This document shows, piece after piece, positions 10,263 to 21,104 of a stretch of 64,000 nucleotides of DNA (its first letter is position 1; each line of letters opens with the position of its first letter). The DNA comes from Trueperaceae bacterium (lineage in GTDB: Bacteria > Deinococcota > Deinococci > Deinococcales > Trueperaceae), in assembly GCA_965213705.1 (NCBI GenBank), contig OZ243913.1:928001-992000 (forward strand). The letters run 5' to 3'. Under the pieces are notes generated by a model. That model did no database searches. It was given only the letters and a program-made list of their open reading frames with translations, and had not been told where the DNA came from. The translations under genes and the position numbers were made by a program.

Positions 10263-10499
10263 AAAAGTTCCTTTCTTGACCGGCCTGGGCCGGACGGTGG
10301 CTGACGAATTCGGGTTCGGGATGGACTCGTGTCCATTCCGGGCTGAAACCTCGGCACTCCCTTCAAACGAACTTTTGATACAGCAAAGATTGACTTCGGG
10401 CATTGTATAGCGGCGCGAAAAAGTTTGTCAAACACGTGACAGTTGAGAGCCGGCCAATGCCGAACGCCCGCTCTCAAACCCGCGTTGCGGAGGGTGCGG

Positions 10500-10505
10500 T
10501 ATACT
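10500..10505 (+). promoter_or_regulatory. -10 box TATACT 6 nt before ATG (likely leaderless promoter)
   Basis: TATACT-ttcggc-ATG 10512; no SD. Confidence 0.65.
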
Positions 10506-10511
10506 TTCGGC

Positions 10512-11087
10512 ATGACGACAACCCTTGAGGACCCAGCGTTTGAGGACCGGGCGTTTACCAGGTACAAGTTCAGCCTCGAGACCTACAACCGCATGATTGA
10601 GGCGGGCATCCTGACGCCCAACGACAAGGTCGAACTCATTTATGGGGAGATAGTCAACATGTCACCGATGGGAAACAAGCACATTTTCTTAACGGCTAAA
10701 TATACGAACCGTTTAATCAAAATTTATGGTGAAGAGGCTGTGGTTATGTCTCAGTGCCCTGTTCAAATAGTGCCGAATTCCGAGCCGGAGCCTGACGTTA
10801 CCCTTATAAAAGCCCCCATAGACCGCTACGAAGAGCGTAAACCACAGGGCGAAGACGTGCTGCTCATCATCGAAGTTTCAGACTCAACCTTGGCTTACGA
10901 CCGTGGCAAAAAGCTCAGCCTCTACGCCGAGGCGGGCATTCCCGAGGTGTGGATAAGTAACATTCAGGACAACGTGCTCGAGGTTTACCGTGAACCTAAA
11001 CGGTCTACTTACGGCGTGCGCTTGACTCTTTTGGAAGGCGAAGAAATTACACCTCTCTTTTCCGACAAACCGTTTTCGTGGAGTTGA
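10512..11087 (+). CDS. Uma2 family (PD-(D/E)xK) endonuclease
   Basis: VELIYGEIV.MSP, EPEPDV, LLIIEVSDST, KLSLYAEAGIPEVW. Confidence 0.9.
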   Translation: MTTTLEDPAFEDRAFTRYKFSLETYNRMIEAGILTPNDKVELIYGEIVNMSPMGNKHIFLTAKYTNRLIKIYGEEAVVMSQCPVQIVPNSEPEPDVTLIKAPIDRYEERKPQGEDVLLIIEVSDSTLAYDRGKKLSLYAEAGIPEVWISNIQDNVLEVYREPKRSTYGVRLTLLEGEEITPLFSDKPFSWS

Positions 11088-12943
11088 ACGACACGCCCAT
11101 CGGCATGGTGCTCGGCACCGAGCAGGCGACGCCGCTGGCGTTCTGGTTCGCGGTCGCCCCGGACACGAAAGTCCAGCTCGACGACATCGTGTTTATTGAA
11201 GTCGCCGACCCCGAGACCGCGGGCGACGCGGTGCGTTTTTACGGCGTGGTGGACGAGGTGCGGCGCGCTTTCGAGGGCATTCAGTTCGAGGGCGACACCG
11301 AACTCGTGGTGCAAGGCCTTATGCCCGCCAACGTCACCTACGGGGCGCACGTGCTCGTCACTAGGGTCGAGCCCGAGGACTTCATCCCGCCGGGGCCGGG
11401 CGACGCGGTGTTTATGGCGACGGGGGCGGCCTTAGAGAAAGCCCTCTACTTAGACAACATGGAAGCCCCGCTGCCCGCGGGCGTCTTGCGCAACGGCGAG
11501 CCGGGCTACCTCAACTTCGACTTTATCAACGGCACCAAGGGCGCGCACATCAATATCTCGGGCATCTCAGGTATCGCGACCAAGACGAGCTACGCGCTCT
11601 TTCTCCTCTACAGCATCTTTCAGGCGAAAAACTTCAAGACGCGGCGGGGTCTCATCGACAACCCCAACGCGACGAAGGCGATTATCTTCAACGTCAAGGG
11701 CGAAGACCTGCTGTTTCTGGACAAGCCGAACAAGCGCTTTTTGGAGGAGGAACGCAAGTGGCAGGACAAGCGCCGCTCCGCGCAGACGCGCTACGACCTC
11801 TGCAACCTGCCCGCGGGCGCGTTCGAGAGCGTCGAACTGCACGCGCCTGCGAAAGAGGGCGAAAACCTGCTCGCCGACGTTGCTCAGCGCGAAGGCGTGA
11901 GCCCTTACCTGTGGACGCTCCACGAGTTCGCCGCGCAGCGGATGCTGCCTTTCGTCCTCACCGAGCGCGACGCGATGACGAATTTGGGCTTTTTGGTAGG
12001 GCACCTGGAAGAGAAGCTTTACAAGCTCGCTACCGAGACGCGCGGGCCGGGTTTGGAGGTGCAGGCGGGCGACGAGGACTTCGACCCGAACCCGGAGGCG
12101 GGGTTTACGCGGGGGTCGCCCATCACACCCGACGAGGGTTTCGGCTTCAGCGATTTGGAGGCTCGAGCCGGGCGTACCAGGCTCAAAACCTTTGACGAGT
12201 TGGTGAGCTATCTCGAGTACAAACTCCTTATCAAAGGTGCCTCCGAGGACGACAGTAGCAGCAAGGGCGGCGACCCACTCTGGACGGCGCAGCAGGCGAA
12301 GGCGACCCGCGAAGCCCTCATCCGCCGTTTGCGCGGGGCGTCTAAGTACGTGCGCCGACTCGTGCGCGGCGACCTACCGAAAAAAGCGTTCGACCGCGCC
12401 AAGCTCGACATTTTGGGCAGCGACAAACAGGTTCACGTCGTGGACATCAACCGCCTCGCGCCGTTGGCGCAAATGTTCGTCGTCGGCGTGCTGCTGCGGC
12501 AGATTTTCGAGGAGCACGAGGGTTCAGACCGGCGCAAAACGTTCGTGATTCTGGACGAGTTGAACAAGTACGCGCCGTCGGAAGGCGACAGCCCCATTAA
12601 GGACGTGCTCTTGGACATCGCCGAGCGCGGGCGCAGCATGGGAATTATCCTCATCGGGGCGCAGCAGACGGCTAGCGAGGTCGAGCGCCGCGTGGTCGGC
12701 AACGCGGCGGTGCGCGTCGTCGGTAGACTCGACGCCGCCGAGGCCGACCGACCCGAATACAAGTTCATGCCGCGCAGTTTTCTAGGCCGCTCGACGATTC
12801 TAGCCCCCGGTACCATGATTGTTCACCAGCCCGACGTGCCGAGCCCGATGATGCTGAACTTTCCCTTTCCGAGTTGGGCCACGCGGCGCAAAGAGGTGGA
12901 CGAGGCGGTGAGCGACGCGGAGGCGCTGGATATTTTGGGTTGA
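11078..12943 (+). CDS. herA: HerA/FtsK family ATPase (Deinococcus-type HerA)
   Basis: N-terminal HAS-barrel-like region, GAHINISGISGIATKT, FNVKGED, ILDELNKYAP, AERGRSMG, GAQQ. Confidence 0.8.
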   Translation: MELNDTPIGMVLGTEQATPLAFWFAVAPDTKVQLDDIVFIEVADPETAGDAVRFYGVVDEVRRAFEGIQFEGDTELVVQGLMPANVTYGAHVLVTRVEPEDFIPPGPGDAVFMATGAALEKALYLDNMEAPLPAGVLRNGEPGYLNFDFINGTKGAHINISGISGIATKTSYALFLLYSIFQAKNFKTRRGLIDNPNATKAIIFNVKGEDLLFLDKPNKRFLEEERKWQDKRRSAQTRYDLCNLPAGAFESVELHAPAKEGENLLADVAQREGVSPYLWTLHEFAAQRMLPFVLTERDAMTNLGFLVGHLEEKLYKLATETRGPGLEVQAGDEDFDPNPEAGFTRGSPITPDEGFGFSDLEARAGRTRLKTFDELVSYLEYKLLIKGASEDDSSSKGGDPLWTAQQAKATREALIRRLRGASKYVRRLVRGDLPKKAFDRAKLDILGSDKQVHVVDINRLAPLAQMFVVGVLLRQIFEEHEGSDRRKTFVILDELNKYAPSEGDSPIKDVLLDIAERGRSMGIILIGAQQTASEVERRVVGNAAVRVVGRLDAAEADRPEYKFMPRSFLGRSTILAPGTMIVHQPDVPSPMMLNFPFPSWATRRKEVDEAVSDAEALDILG

Positions 12944-12990
12944 AGACTCACACGGGCAGCCTCGAGGGATGCCTGTTTAGGAGCTACATC

Positions 12991-13668
12991 ATGTCCCCAA
13001 ACACCTATTGGCTCGAGCAGCCGCCGCTCGAGCTGAGCACCGAGCAGACAGCGGCCTTCGAGTCCAAGCCTGTTGCCGAGCGTGTTCGTGACGGCTGGCT
13101 GGCGTGTCCCGCCGGGGTGCCCAAGTGGGTCTACTTGAAGTGGCTGGCGCGAACTTCGGACGTGCTCTTTCACGGTTCAAACCGGAGCGACATCACCTGC
13201 TTCGAACCCCGAACACCCGACGACAGTTCGGCGGAAGCCTTCAGCAGACAAACGGCGGTGTTCGCGGCGAGCGCGCCCCTCTGGGCGATGTTTTACGCCA
13301 TTTTGGACAGGTCGCGGACGGGTTTACGGTTGCTCAACGGGGCTTTCGAGGTGCTCGAGCCGAACGACCACCCCGGAACCCGCTACTTTTTTTCGATAAC
13401 CCGAGAAGTATTGGCACAGGGTGCTTGGCGTGTGGGAACGTTGTACCTTTTGCCAGGCGAGACCTTCACCCGGCAGGAAGGCCACACTTGGCGTGGGGAG
13501 GCGACGCTCGAGCACCAGTGGGCCTCGCCCGTCCCGGTAAAGCCGCTCGCCAAGGTCAGGGTCGCGCCCGCTGATTTTCCTTTTTTGAACAAGGTACGAG
13601 GCCATGACAACGCCCATGTAGAGCGGCGGGCTGAAAAAGACCCGCACGGCTTTCCCTGGCTGGACTAG
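12991..13668 (+). CDS. Hypothetical protein, possible ADP-ribosyltransferase fold
   Basis: LFHGS...FEPR, VFAA, GTLYLL, QWAS.VPVKP; AGGAG RBS before ATG 12991. Confidence 0.55.
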   Translation: MSPNTYWLEQPPLELSTEQTAAFESKPVAERVRDGWLACPAGVPKWVYLKWLARTSDVLFHGSNRSDITCFEPRTPDDSSAEAFSRQTAVFAASAPLWAMFYAILDRSRTGLRLLNGAFEVLEPNDHPGTRYFFSITREVLAQGAWRVGTLYLLPGETFTRQEGHTWRGEATLEHQWASPVPVKPLAKVRVAPADFPFLNKVRGHDNAHVERRAEKDPHGFPWLD

Positions 13669-13705
13669 TGTCGGGTCTCGAGCCCCCTCACCCCACACCC
13701 TCCGG

Positions 13706-13711
13706 TACAAT
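13706..13711 (+). promoter_or_regulatory. -10 box TACAAT 6 nt before lepA ATG (likely leaderless promoter)
   Basis: TACAAT-gccctg-ATG 13718. Confidence 0.7.
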
Positions 13712-13717
13712 GCCCTG

Positions 13718-15505
13718 ATGGAAATCCGCAACTTCTCGATTATCGCCCACGTCGACCACGGCAAGTCGACGCTGGCGGATAGGATTTTAGAACTCACCCA
13801 GACCGTGTCCGAGCGCAACAAACGCGACCAGATGCTGGATACTTTAGACCTCGAGCGCGAGCGCGGCATCACCATCAAGGCGACGCCGGTGCGCCTGTAC
13901 TACCAGGCTAAAAACGGTAAGCGCTACATGTTCAACCTCATCGACACACCCGGCCACGTGGACTTCAACTACGAGGTGTCGCGCGCTCTGCGCGCCTGCG
14001 AGGGCGTGCTGCTCGTGGTGGACGCGTCGCAGGGGGTCGAGGCGCAGACCATCCAGAACGCTTACTTAGCTATCGACAACAATTTAGAGATTTTGCCGAT
14101 TATCAATAAAATCGACCTGCCCAACGCCGACCCGGCGGGAGCGGTGGCCGAGTTGGAGGAGGTCATCGGCATCCCCGGCGACCACGCGGTTTCCGTGTCG
14201 GCAAAAACGGGGGAGAACGTCGCGGCGATTTTGGAGGCCATCGTCGAACACCTGCCCCCGCCGAGCGGCGACCCGGACGCGCCTTTAAGCTGCCTCATCT
14301 TCGACGCGGTGTACGACAGTTACCAGGGCGTCATCCCGTTTATTCGCGTGCTCGAGGGCAGAGTCAAAAAGGGCGACGTGATTAAAGTCGTGAGTACGGG
14401 TAAAGAGTTCGAGGTGGACAAGGTCGGCTTTTTCGAGCCGAGTTTGGCTGTGTCCGACGTGCTGAATCCGGGTGAGGTGGGTTGGCTTACCGCGAGCATC
14501 AAAGACATCGCCGACACGCAAATCGGCGACACCTTCACCTTTGCCGAGCGGCCGACCGAAAACATCGTCCCCGGCTTCAAACCGGCCAAACCGGTCGTGT
14601 TCAGCGGCCTGTACCCGACCGACTCCGAGGACTACCCGAAACTCCGCGAGGCCTTAGAGAAACTCAGCCTCAACGACGCCGCCTTTACTTTCGAGCCGGA
14701 AACCTCGGAGGCGTTGGGCTTCGGGTTTCGCTGTGGCTTTTTGGGCCTCTTGCACGCCGACATCGTGCAGGCGCGGCTCGAGCGCGAGTTCGACCTCGCC
14801 TTAATCGCCACCGCGCCCGCCGTGGTTTACCACGTCGAGACGAGTGACGGCAAAACGACGGTGATTCAAAACCCGGCCGAACTGCCCGACCCGGCCCGCA
14901 TCACCCGGATTTTGGAGCCCTACGTGCGCCTCAGCGTCTACGTGCCGGAAGAGTACGTCGGCAACGCGATGGGCCTGATTCAAGAGCGCCGCGGCGACAT
15001 GAAAAACATGGTTTACCACGGGCGGCGCGTCGAGCTGCGCTACGAGGTGCCCTTCGGCGAAATCCTGTACGACTTTCATGACCGGCTGAAAAGCTTGACT
15101 CGAGGCTACGCCAGCATGGACTACGAACCGCTCGACTACCGCGAGGGGAGCCTCGTCAAGGTCGACATCCTCGTCAACGAGGAAAAAGTCGACGCGCTCT
15201 CGGTCATCGCGCACCGCGACAAGGCTTACGCGCTCGGGCGCAAAATCGTCGACAAGATGGTCGAAGTGATTCCGCGCCAGATGTTCGTGGTGCCAGTGCA
15301 AGCGGCCATCGGCGGCAAGATTTTGGCGCGCGCAACCGTGCGGGCCTTTCGCAAGGACGTGCTGGCGAAGTGCTACGGCGGCGACATCACCCGGAAACGT
15401 AAACTGCTCCAAAAACAGAAAAAGGGCAAAGAGCGCATGAAACAGCTCGGCAGCGTCGAGGTGCCGCAGGAGGCGTTTTTGGCGGTGCTGAGCGGGGACG
15501 AGTAG
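13718..15505 (+). CDS. lepA: Elongation factor 4 LepA
   Basis: [49 protein letters not shown]. Confidence 0.97.
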   Translation: MEIRNFSIIAHVDHGKSTLADRILELTQTVSERNKRDQMLDTLDLERERGITIKATPVRLYYQAKNGKRYMFNLIDTPGHVDFNYEVSRALRACEGVLLVVDASQGVEAQTIQNAYLAIDNNLEILPIINKIDLPNADPAGAVAELEEVIGIPGDHAVSVSAKTGENVAAILEAIVEHLPPPSGDPDAPLSCLIFDAVYDSYQGVIPFIRVLEGRVKKGDVIKVVSTGKEFEVDKVGFFEPSLAVSDVLNPGEVGWLTASIKDIADTQIGDTFTFAERPTENIVPGFKPAKPVVFSGLYPTDSEDYPKLREALEKLSLNDAAFTFEPETSEALGFGFRCGFLGLLHADIVQARLEREFDLALIATAPAVVYHVETSDGKTTVIQNPAELPDPARITRILEPYVRLSVYVPEEYVGNAMGLIQERRGDMKNMVYHGRRVELRYEVPFGEILYDFHDRLKSLTRGYASMDYEPLDYREGSLVKVDILVNEEKVDALSVIAHRDKAYALGRKIVDKMVEVIPRQMFVVPVQAAIGGKILARATVRAFRKDVLAKCYGGDITRKRKLLQKQKKGKERMKQLGSVEVPQEAFLAVLSGDE

Positions 15506-15594
15506 GTCCGTCGTCAAGTCGCCCGAACCTGCCGAGAAAAGGCTTAAGAGAAATGCTTCCGGTGGTTTTCCGCTCACACCTGCTATAAGGGTTT

Positions 15595-16647
15595 ATGCAC
15601 AGCGGTCCCGAGCAGACGCGCACGCCCAGCCTGCGGGTACAGGTCGCGCTCGTTATCGGCGTGTTGTCGTTTTTGCCCAACCTCGTCATGATGTTCACGG
15701 TTTTCTTGCCGAGGGCGGGTTTGCTGCGCGAGGCCTCGGCTGAATTGGGTTGGACGCTCGCCGTTTGGGTGCTCGTCACGGCGGTTCTTTCGGCGGCCGC
15801 GGGTTACGGTTTGTCCTGTCAACTCCTGTCGCCGCTGACGGGTCTTACCCGGCACATCAACAGCTTGCGTCACCTGCCGGAACCGCTCGAGCGCTCAGCC
15901 GTGGACAACGCCCCGGAACCCGCCGAGGTCGCCGAGTTGCGCACCGCTTTCGACGACCTGCTCACACAAGTCGGCACCGAGCAAGCGCGGCGACGCGCTT
16001 TTATGGCGACCCTGATGCACGACTTGAAAACGCCCCTGATTGCCAGCAACCACCTGCTCACCGCCATTCGTGACGACGACACCCTGGGGCGGCGCGAGCG
16101 CGCCCGCTTTGTGAACGGTATGTTGGAGGAGAACGCACGGCTCGTCGAGCTGGTGCAAAAGTTCGTCGACGCCAACAAGCTCGAGCGCCGCGACATACCG
16201 TTGCAGCTCGAGCGCGTCGAGCTGAACCCGCTCGTTCAGCGTGTGGTAACGCGGGTCAAACCTTTGTCCGAGGCGCGCGGCGTCAGCGTCACGGTGCAGG
16301 GCGAAGCGGTAGCGCAAGCCGACGCGCGCGAACTGGAGCGCGCGCTCTACAACCTCCTCAGCAACGCGGTCCGTTACGCGCGTCGCCGAATTACCGTGCA
16401 ACTTTTCCCCGGCCTGGTTCGCCTGACCGACGACGGCCCCGGTTTGCCCGCGCCGCTGAACAAACTGGCGCAACCCTTCAACGCGCAACCGGTTAGTTTG
16501 GGCGGCGAACACTACACGGCGGGCACGGGCGGCTTGGGTCTGTTCATCGCCCGGCGCGTGTTGGAAGCGCACGGGGGCCGTTTGAACGTAGAGTCGAGCG
16601 GGCCGCAGGGTACGGTGCTGCTGGCTTATTTGGGCCGGGAGGGGTAA
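15595..16647 (+). CDS. Membrane sensor histidine kinase
   Basis: Two TM helices, HAMP-like linker, H-box HDLKTPL, N-box NLLSNA, DDGPG, GLGL. Confidence 0.88.
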   Translation: MHSGPEQTRTPSLRVQVALVIGVLSFLPNLVMMFTVFLPRAGLLREASAELGWTLAVWVLVTAVLSAAAGYGLSCQLLSPLTGLTRHINSLRHLPEPLERSAVDNAPEPAEVAELRTAFDDLLTQVGTEQARRRAFMATLMHDLKTPLIASNHLLTAIRDDDTLGRRERARFVNGMLEENARLVELVQKFVDANKLERRDIPLQLERVELNPLVQRVVTRVKPLSEARGVSVTVQGEAVAQADARELERALYNLLSNAVRYARRRITVQLFPGLVRLTDDGPGLPAPLNKLAQPFNAQPVSLGGEHYTAGTGGLGLFIARRVLEAHGGRLNVESSGPQGTVLLAYLGREG

Positions 16648-16648
16648 C

Positions 16649-17242
16649 GTGTCGCGCGTTTTAATAGCCGACGACCATCCGCTGTTTCGCATGGGTCTCG
16701 CCTACGCCCTTAAGGCGCGGGGCTTCGAACTTGTCGCCGAGGTCGCGGACGGCGCCGCGGCGCTCGAAGCCTGCTGCACGCTCCGGCCCGACGTCGCCCT
16801 CCTCGACGTAAAAATGCCTCTTTTGGACGGGCTTTCCGCTTGCCGGCGCATCAGGGCCGAGTGTGCGGACACTCTCGTGGTGATGCTCAGCACGTTCGAC
16901 GAGCCCGCCATCCTCGCCGCCGCCAAGGCGGCCGGGGCCACAGCTTACCTGTCCAAAGAAACCGCGCCTGCCGAGCTGGCTGCACTCCTTCGTGAAGTCA
17001 CCGCGCGCCCCGCGCACGACTGGTTGCCCGCGCCCGACGTCCCGACGCTCACCACGCGCGAAGGGGAAACGTTGCATCTTCTGGCCGCCGGCCACAGCAA
17101 CAAAGCAATCGCCAAGCGGCTCGGCGTGAGTCCGGAAACGGTCAAAGACCATCTCGGAAGCGTCTACCGCAAGCTCGAGGTGAGCGACCGCATGGCGGCG
17201 GTCGGCAAGGCTCGAGCCCTCGGGTTGTTGCGTTTGGGTTGA
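16649..17242 (+). CDS. NarL/LuxR family response regulator
   Basis: IADDHP, LLDVKMP, LTTRE...SNKAIA.RLGVSPETVKDH. Confidence 0.92.
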   Translation: MSRVLIADDHPLFRMGLAYALKARGFELVAEVADGAAALEACCTLRPDVALLDVKMPLLDGLSACRRIRAECADTLVVMLSTFDEPAILAAAKAAGATAYLSKETAPAELAALLREVTARPAHDWLPAPDVPTLTTREGETLHLLAAGHSNKAIAKRLGVSPETVKDHLGSVYRKLEVSDRMAAVGKARALGLLRLG

Positions 17243-17316
17243 GCGGGGTGGCACCTAAGCTAATCCATGGTGACTTTGCAGAATGCTTAGTCGGTCTGTC
17301 CGTACTCGCTCCACTC

Positions 17317-17344
17317 GGGTGAATTTGCAGGAGCAAATTCACCC
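17317..17344. promoter_or_regulatory. 12-bp inverted repeat (terminator or operator)
   Basis: GGGTGAATTTGC-AGGA-GCAAATTCACCC between the regulator and the GGDEF gene. Confidence 0.5.
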
Positions 17345-17422
17345 TGGAAATACCTAAACGGTGTCCTCAACAGTCTTTGTTCCGTAAGTTTTTTGTGAGA
17401 CCCGCCTTATTAAACTGGTTTT

Positions 17423-19723
17423 ATGAAGACAGCCTCTGCGGCCCCTGAAAACATGGCTTCCGAAAGCGCGGTCGACAAAGGCGCGGTCGACCAAAGCACG
17501 GTCGACGAAAGCACGGTCAACAAAGGCATAGTCGACAAAAGCACGGCTGCTAAAAACGTGCCCCCCGCCGAGACGACCGCTGCAGCTTTTCTGGAATTCA
17601 CGCCGCAGCAAACGTCGGTCCTTGAAACTGCGTTTGCCGCAGACTCCGGTCGGTGGGCGCCGACCGGAAACCCGGACCTTTTTGGGCGACCGCCCGAGCT
17701 GGCCGGTCGGCAAACCCTTTTCACCCCTTCGGCGGGGATCGAAAACACCGTGCCCAACGAGACCGTCCCAAAAAAACCTGCTTTAGAGACGGCCTTAGAA
17801 GCTGCCCAGTTCGGGTTCGAAGCGGTTTTGAACAAAGTGCCTATCGAGGTCGTCATTTTCGACGCCGACCACCGCTACGTGTTCTGCAACCCCGAGGCGG
17901 TCAAGGACGAAACCGTTCGCGCTTGGCTCGTCGGGCAGGACGATTTTGAGTACTGCCGCCGCCTGGGCCTCGAGCTGTCACTGGCGACCACGCGGCGCGC
18001 CCGGTTTCGGGCGGCAATCGAGAACCGGGCCGTGGAAAGTTGGGAAGAAACGGTGCGGGACGACTCGGGCGACGTTCGGCATCACTGGCGCAACCTTATG
18101 CCGGTCTTCGGGGCGGACGGCAACCTGGACTTCGTCATCGGTTACGGCCGTGACATCACCGAACGCAAACACGCGAAAGAAGCCTTGGAACGCTTCAACA
18201 GCAAGTTGGAGTCCAGGGTCAAGCTGCGCACGGCCGAACTTGAGTCCGCCAAACTCCACTTGGAAAACCTCAACTTGCAGCTGCAGCACGACGCCTTCCA
18301 CGACGCCCTGACCGGGCTGCCCAACCGAGCTTTGTTCAAAGACCGCTTGGCCCAGGCCGTCGAGCGCGAAAAGCGTCGCCCCGAAAACGGCTTTGCGGTG
18401 TTGTTTTTGGACTTCGACCGTTTCAAGGTCATCAACGACAGCCTCGGTCATGAGGTGGGTGACAGGTTGCTGGTCGCCCTGGGTGAGCGTTTGCGTGACT
18501 GCGTGCGCCCGGGGGACACCGTAGCCCGTTTGGGGGGCGACGAGTTCACCTTGCTCTTGGAAGACTTGGCGCAGGGCGGCAGCGAAGCCGTCAAAACGGC
18601 CGAACGTGTTCAACAGGCGTTGAAACGCCCTTTCCAGCTTGCCGGACAGACGCTCGCCCTTACGGTCAGCATCGGCGTCGTTCCCAGTATGCTCGGCTAC
18701 GAACACGCCGAGGAGGTGTTGCGCGACGCGAACCTAGCTATGTACGAGGCCAAAAAGCGCGGGCGCGCGGGCTACCGACTGTTCAGCCCGCAGTTGCGGG
18801 AACAGGCTTTGCGGCGTTTAGGCCTCGAGACGGACCTGCGCAGCGCCCTGGCGGCGCGTCGACTGGGGGTGCAGTATCAACCCATCGTCGCGGTACAAAC
18901 GGGCCTGCCCGTCGGTTTCGAGGCGCTGGTCCGCTGAACGCACCCGGTCCACGGACCCGTTTCGCCCGACACATTTGTTCCGCTGGCTGAAGAGGTCGGC
19001 CTCGTCACCGAACTCGACTTGTTCGTGTTGCGCACGGCTTGCTTGCAAGTGCGGGCGTGGCAACAGCAGTTCCCGCAGCCGCCGGCGCTCACCCTGAGCG
19101 CCAACCTCTCCGGCAAAAGCGTCGCTTGTCCGGGGCTGTTGGCGCGGGTCGAGGCCATCCTCGACGAAACCGGTTTCGACCCGCGCGACCTCAAGCTCGA
19201 GCTGACCGAAAGTGTGTTGGTCGGCTCGTCCGGCGAAGTCGAGGGAACCCTGGACCAACTCAGGTCCCTGGGTATCAGGCTTCACATCGACGACTTCGGT
19301 ACGGGCTACTCCTCTCTCGCTTACTTGCAAAACCTGCCCGTGAGCACGCTCAAGGTCGACCGCTCCTTTGTAGCGCACATGTTCGACAACCCGGAAAGTG
19401 CCGAGTTGGTGCGCACCGTCGTGGCGATGGCGAAGGCTTTGGGCTTGAGCGTCACGGCCGAGGGCGTCGAGACGGCCGAACAGCTCACGTACCTCAAAGC
19501 CCTGGGCTGCGAGAACGCGCAGGGCTACTTTTTCTCACGACCGCTCCCGGCCGAGGGAGTAGCGAGTTATATGCTGACACCCGCACCCAAGCCCACTGTC
19601 GAGCCGCCCATTCCCGCCTCGGCCGCCACCCGCCGGGACGAACTCGGAACCGCACCGACCACGCCGTCGGGGGTCGAACACCCGCCACAGTCCACCGCTG
19701 ACCGGGTGAAGCTGGCCGTTTAA
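17423..19723 (+). pseudogene. PAS-GGDEF-EAL diguanylate cyclase/phosphodiesterase interrupted by in-frame TGA at 18935-18937
   Basis: PAS (GRDITERK), HDALTGLPNR, RPGD I-site, GGDEF, then EALVR*THPVHG continuing in the same frame to ELTE, IDDFGTGYSS, LKVD, AEGVE, QGY. Confidence 0.8.
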
Positions 19724-19846
19724 AACTTTACCGCCCAAAACTGACCGGGTTACAACCCAAGCCGGTTGGCGCGGGCACTTTCCCGGAACGGTTTTTGCAA
19801 AACACGACCCTAGGCGGCCTCCCGACCGGCTTGTTAAGCTGCTTTT

Positions 19847-20365
19847 ATGTCCCGCGCCCTTCTGTGTGCCAGTTTGCTCGCCGCCGGTCGGCCCTTGACC
19901 CCCAAAGAACTCGCCAAGGTGGCGGGCCTGTCACCCACGGAGGTCGAAGCGGAGGTCGACGCCTTGCAACAGGTGTTGCGTGAAGCCGACCTGGGCCTGG
20001 TGGTCGAGGCCGTCGCGGGCGGTTACCGACTGGTGGTGAACGCGAACCTCGTCCCGGCGCTGACCGACCTGCTCGCGCCGCCGCCGTTGCCGCCGCTGTC
20101 AAACGCGGCCCTGGAAACCCTCGCCATCGTCGCTTACCGCCAGCCCGTCACGCGGGGCGAAATAGAAGCGGCGCGGGGCGCGTCGTGTGTGTCGACCTTG
20201 GAGACTCTACAAGAGCGCGAACTCGTCAAAATCGTGGGCCGCAAGGACGTGGTCGGGCAGCCGCTGCTTTACGCCACGACGGAGCGGTTTTTGCTCGAGT
20301 TCGGCCTGAAGTCTTTGGACGACCTGCCTGAAATCGACAAGCCGGAAGCTTTGTTGCGGAGTTAG
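19847..20365 (+). CDS. scpB: SMC-Scp complex subunit ScpB
   Basis: LSNAALETLAIVAYRQPVTRGEIEAARG, LYATTERFL.EFGL; TAAGCT box 6 nt upstream. Confidence 0.93.
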   Translation: MSRALLCASLLAAGRPLTPKELAKVAGLSPTEVEAEVDALQQVLREADLGLVVEAVAGGYRLVVNANLVPALTDLLAPPPLPPLSNAALETLAIVAYRQPVTRGEIEAARGASCVSTLETLQERELVKIVGRKDVVGQPLLYATTERFLLEFGLKSLDDLPEIDKPEALLRS

Positions 20366-20391
20366 GGATATTAATAATTCAGGGGAGTCTC

Positions 20392-21039
20392 ATGAAAGTC
20401 TACCTTCTGCAAGATGACTTCGACTACAAGAACCACATCATGAAATACCGTCCTATCGTTACCTCGAACCCGCAAGATGGGTTCGAGGTAGCAAGTAAAG
20501 TTAGGAACTCTAGAGGTAAATCTCTCCTCTCCAATTGGGAAGCGCCAGAAATCAAACCCTTTTGGGAAGAACCCGAGAAGCCGGTAGCCGATATATCTTT
20601 TATTGGAGTGACCGGACCGATAACTGTAAATAACAAAGCTGTGGATGGTTTGAGGGAGTTGTTTGAAGCTAGTGGAGAGTTGCTTCCTTTAGATAGTGAA
20701 GAGGGAAAGTACTACATTCACAACGTGACGCAAGTTGTGGACGCAATCAACTTAAAAAACAGTGTCTATAAATGGATTGGCGACGAGGGCATTTCGATGA
20801 GCCTACCTGAAATCTTCAGTTTCCATGCTGGAGCAATATATGGTTTGTCTGCTTTCAGAGCCTCTAAACTAGAGAGAGAAACTCTCTACACGGACATTTT
20901 CAAACAAAGGGTCGAAGAAGCCGACCTGAAAGGCGTTATTTTCCAACTCATCTGGGACAGCGAGGACCCTAACTACCAAGACGAACGATATACACCGGAG
21001 CAGTGGGAGCGGATAAAGCAAGTACACGCTAAAGGTTGA
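20392..21039 (+). CDS. Imm11/DUF1629-like putative immunity protein; AT-rich
   Basis: GELLPL...YYIHNVT..VDAI...FKQRVEEADLKG pattern; low GC; GGGGAG RBS. Confidence 0.55.
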   Translation: MKVYLLQDDFDYKNHIMKYRPIVTSNPQDGFEVASKVRNSRGKSLLSNWEAPEIKPFWEEPEKPVADISFIGVTGPITVNNKAVDGLRELFEASGELLPLDSEEGKYYIHNVTQVVDAINLKNSVYKWIGDEGISMSLPEIFSFHAGAIYGLSAFRASKLERETLYTDIFKQRVEEADLKGVIFQLIWDSEDPNYQDERYTPEQWERIKQVHAKG

Positions 21040-21104
21040 AACGTAAGAGTGACTGTGGCAAGTTTCCTCATGTGGGCACAGACAGAGAAATTGAGGGTCG
21101 AACG

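Noticed and set aside
17245..17420. Possible c-di-GMP riboswitch upstream of the GGDEF-EAL gene
   Set aside because: Only one simple hairpin is visible; I could not match class I or II consensus features
18935..18937. Selenocysteine or genetic code 4 recoding
   Set aside because: The position corresponds to Trp rather than Cys, and TGA terminates many other genes in the window
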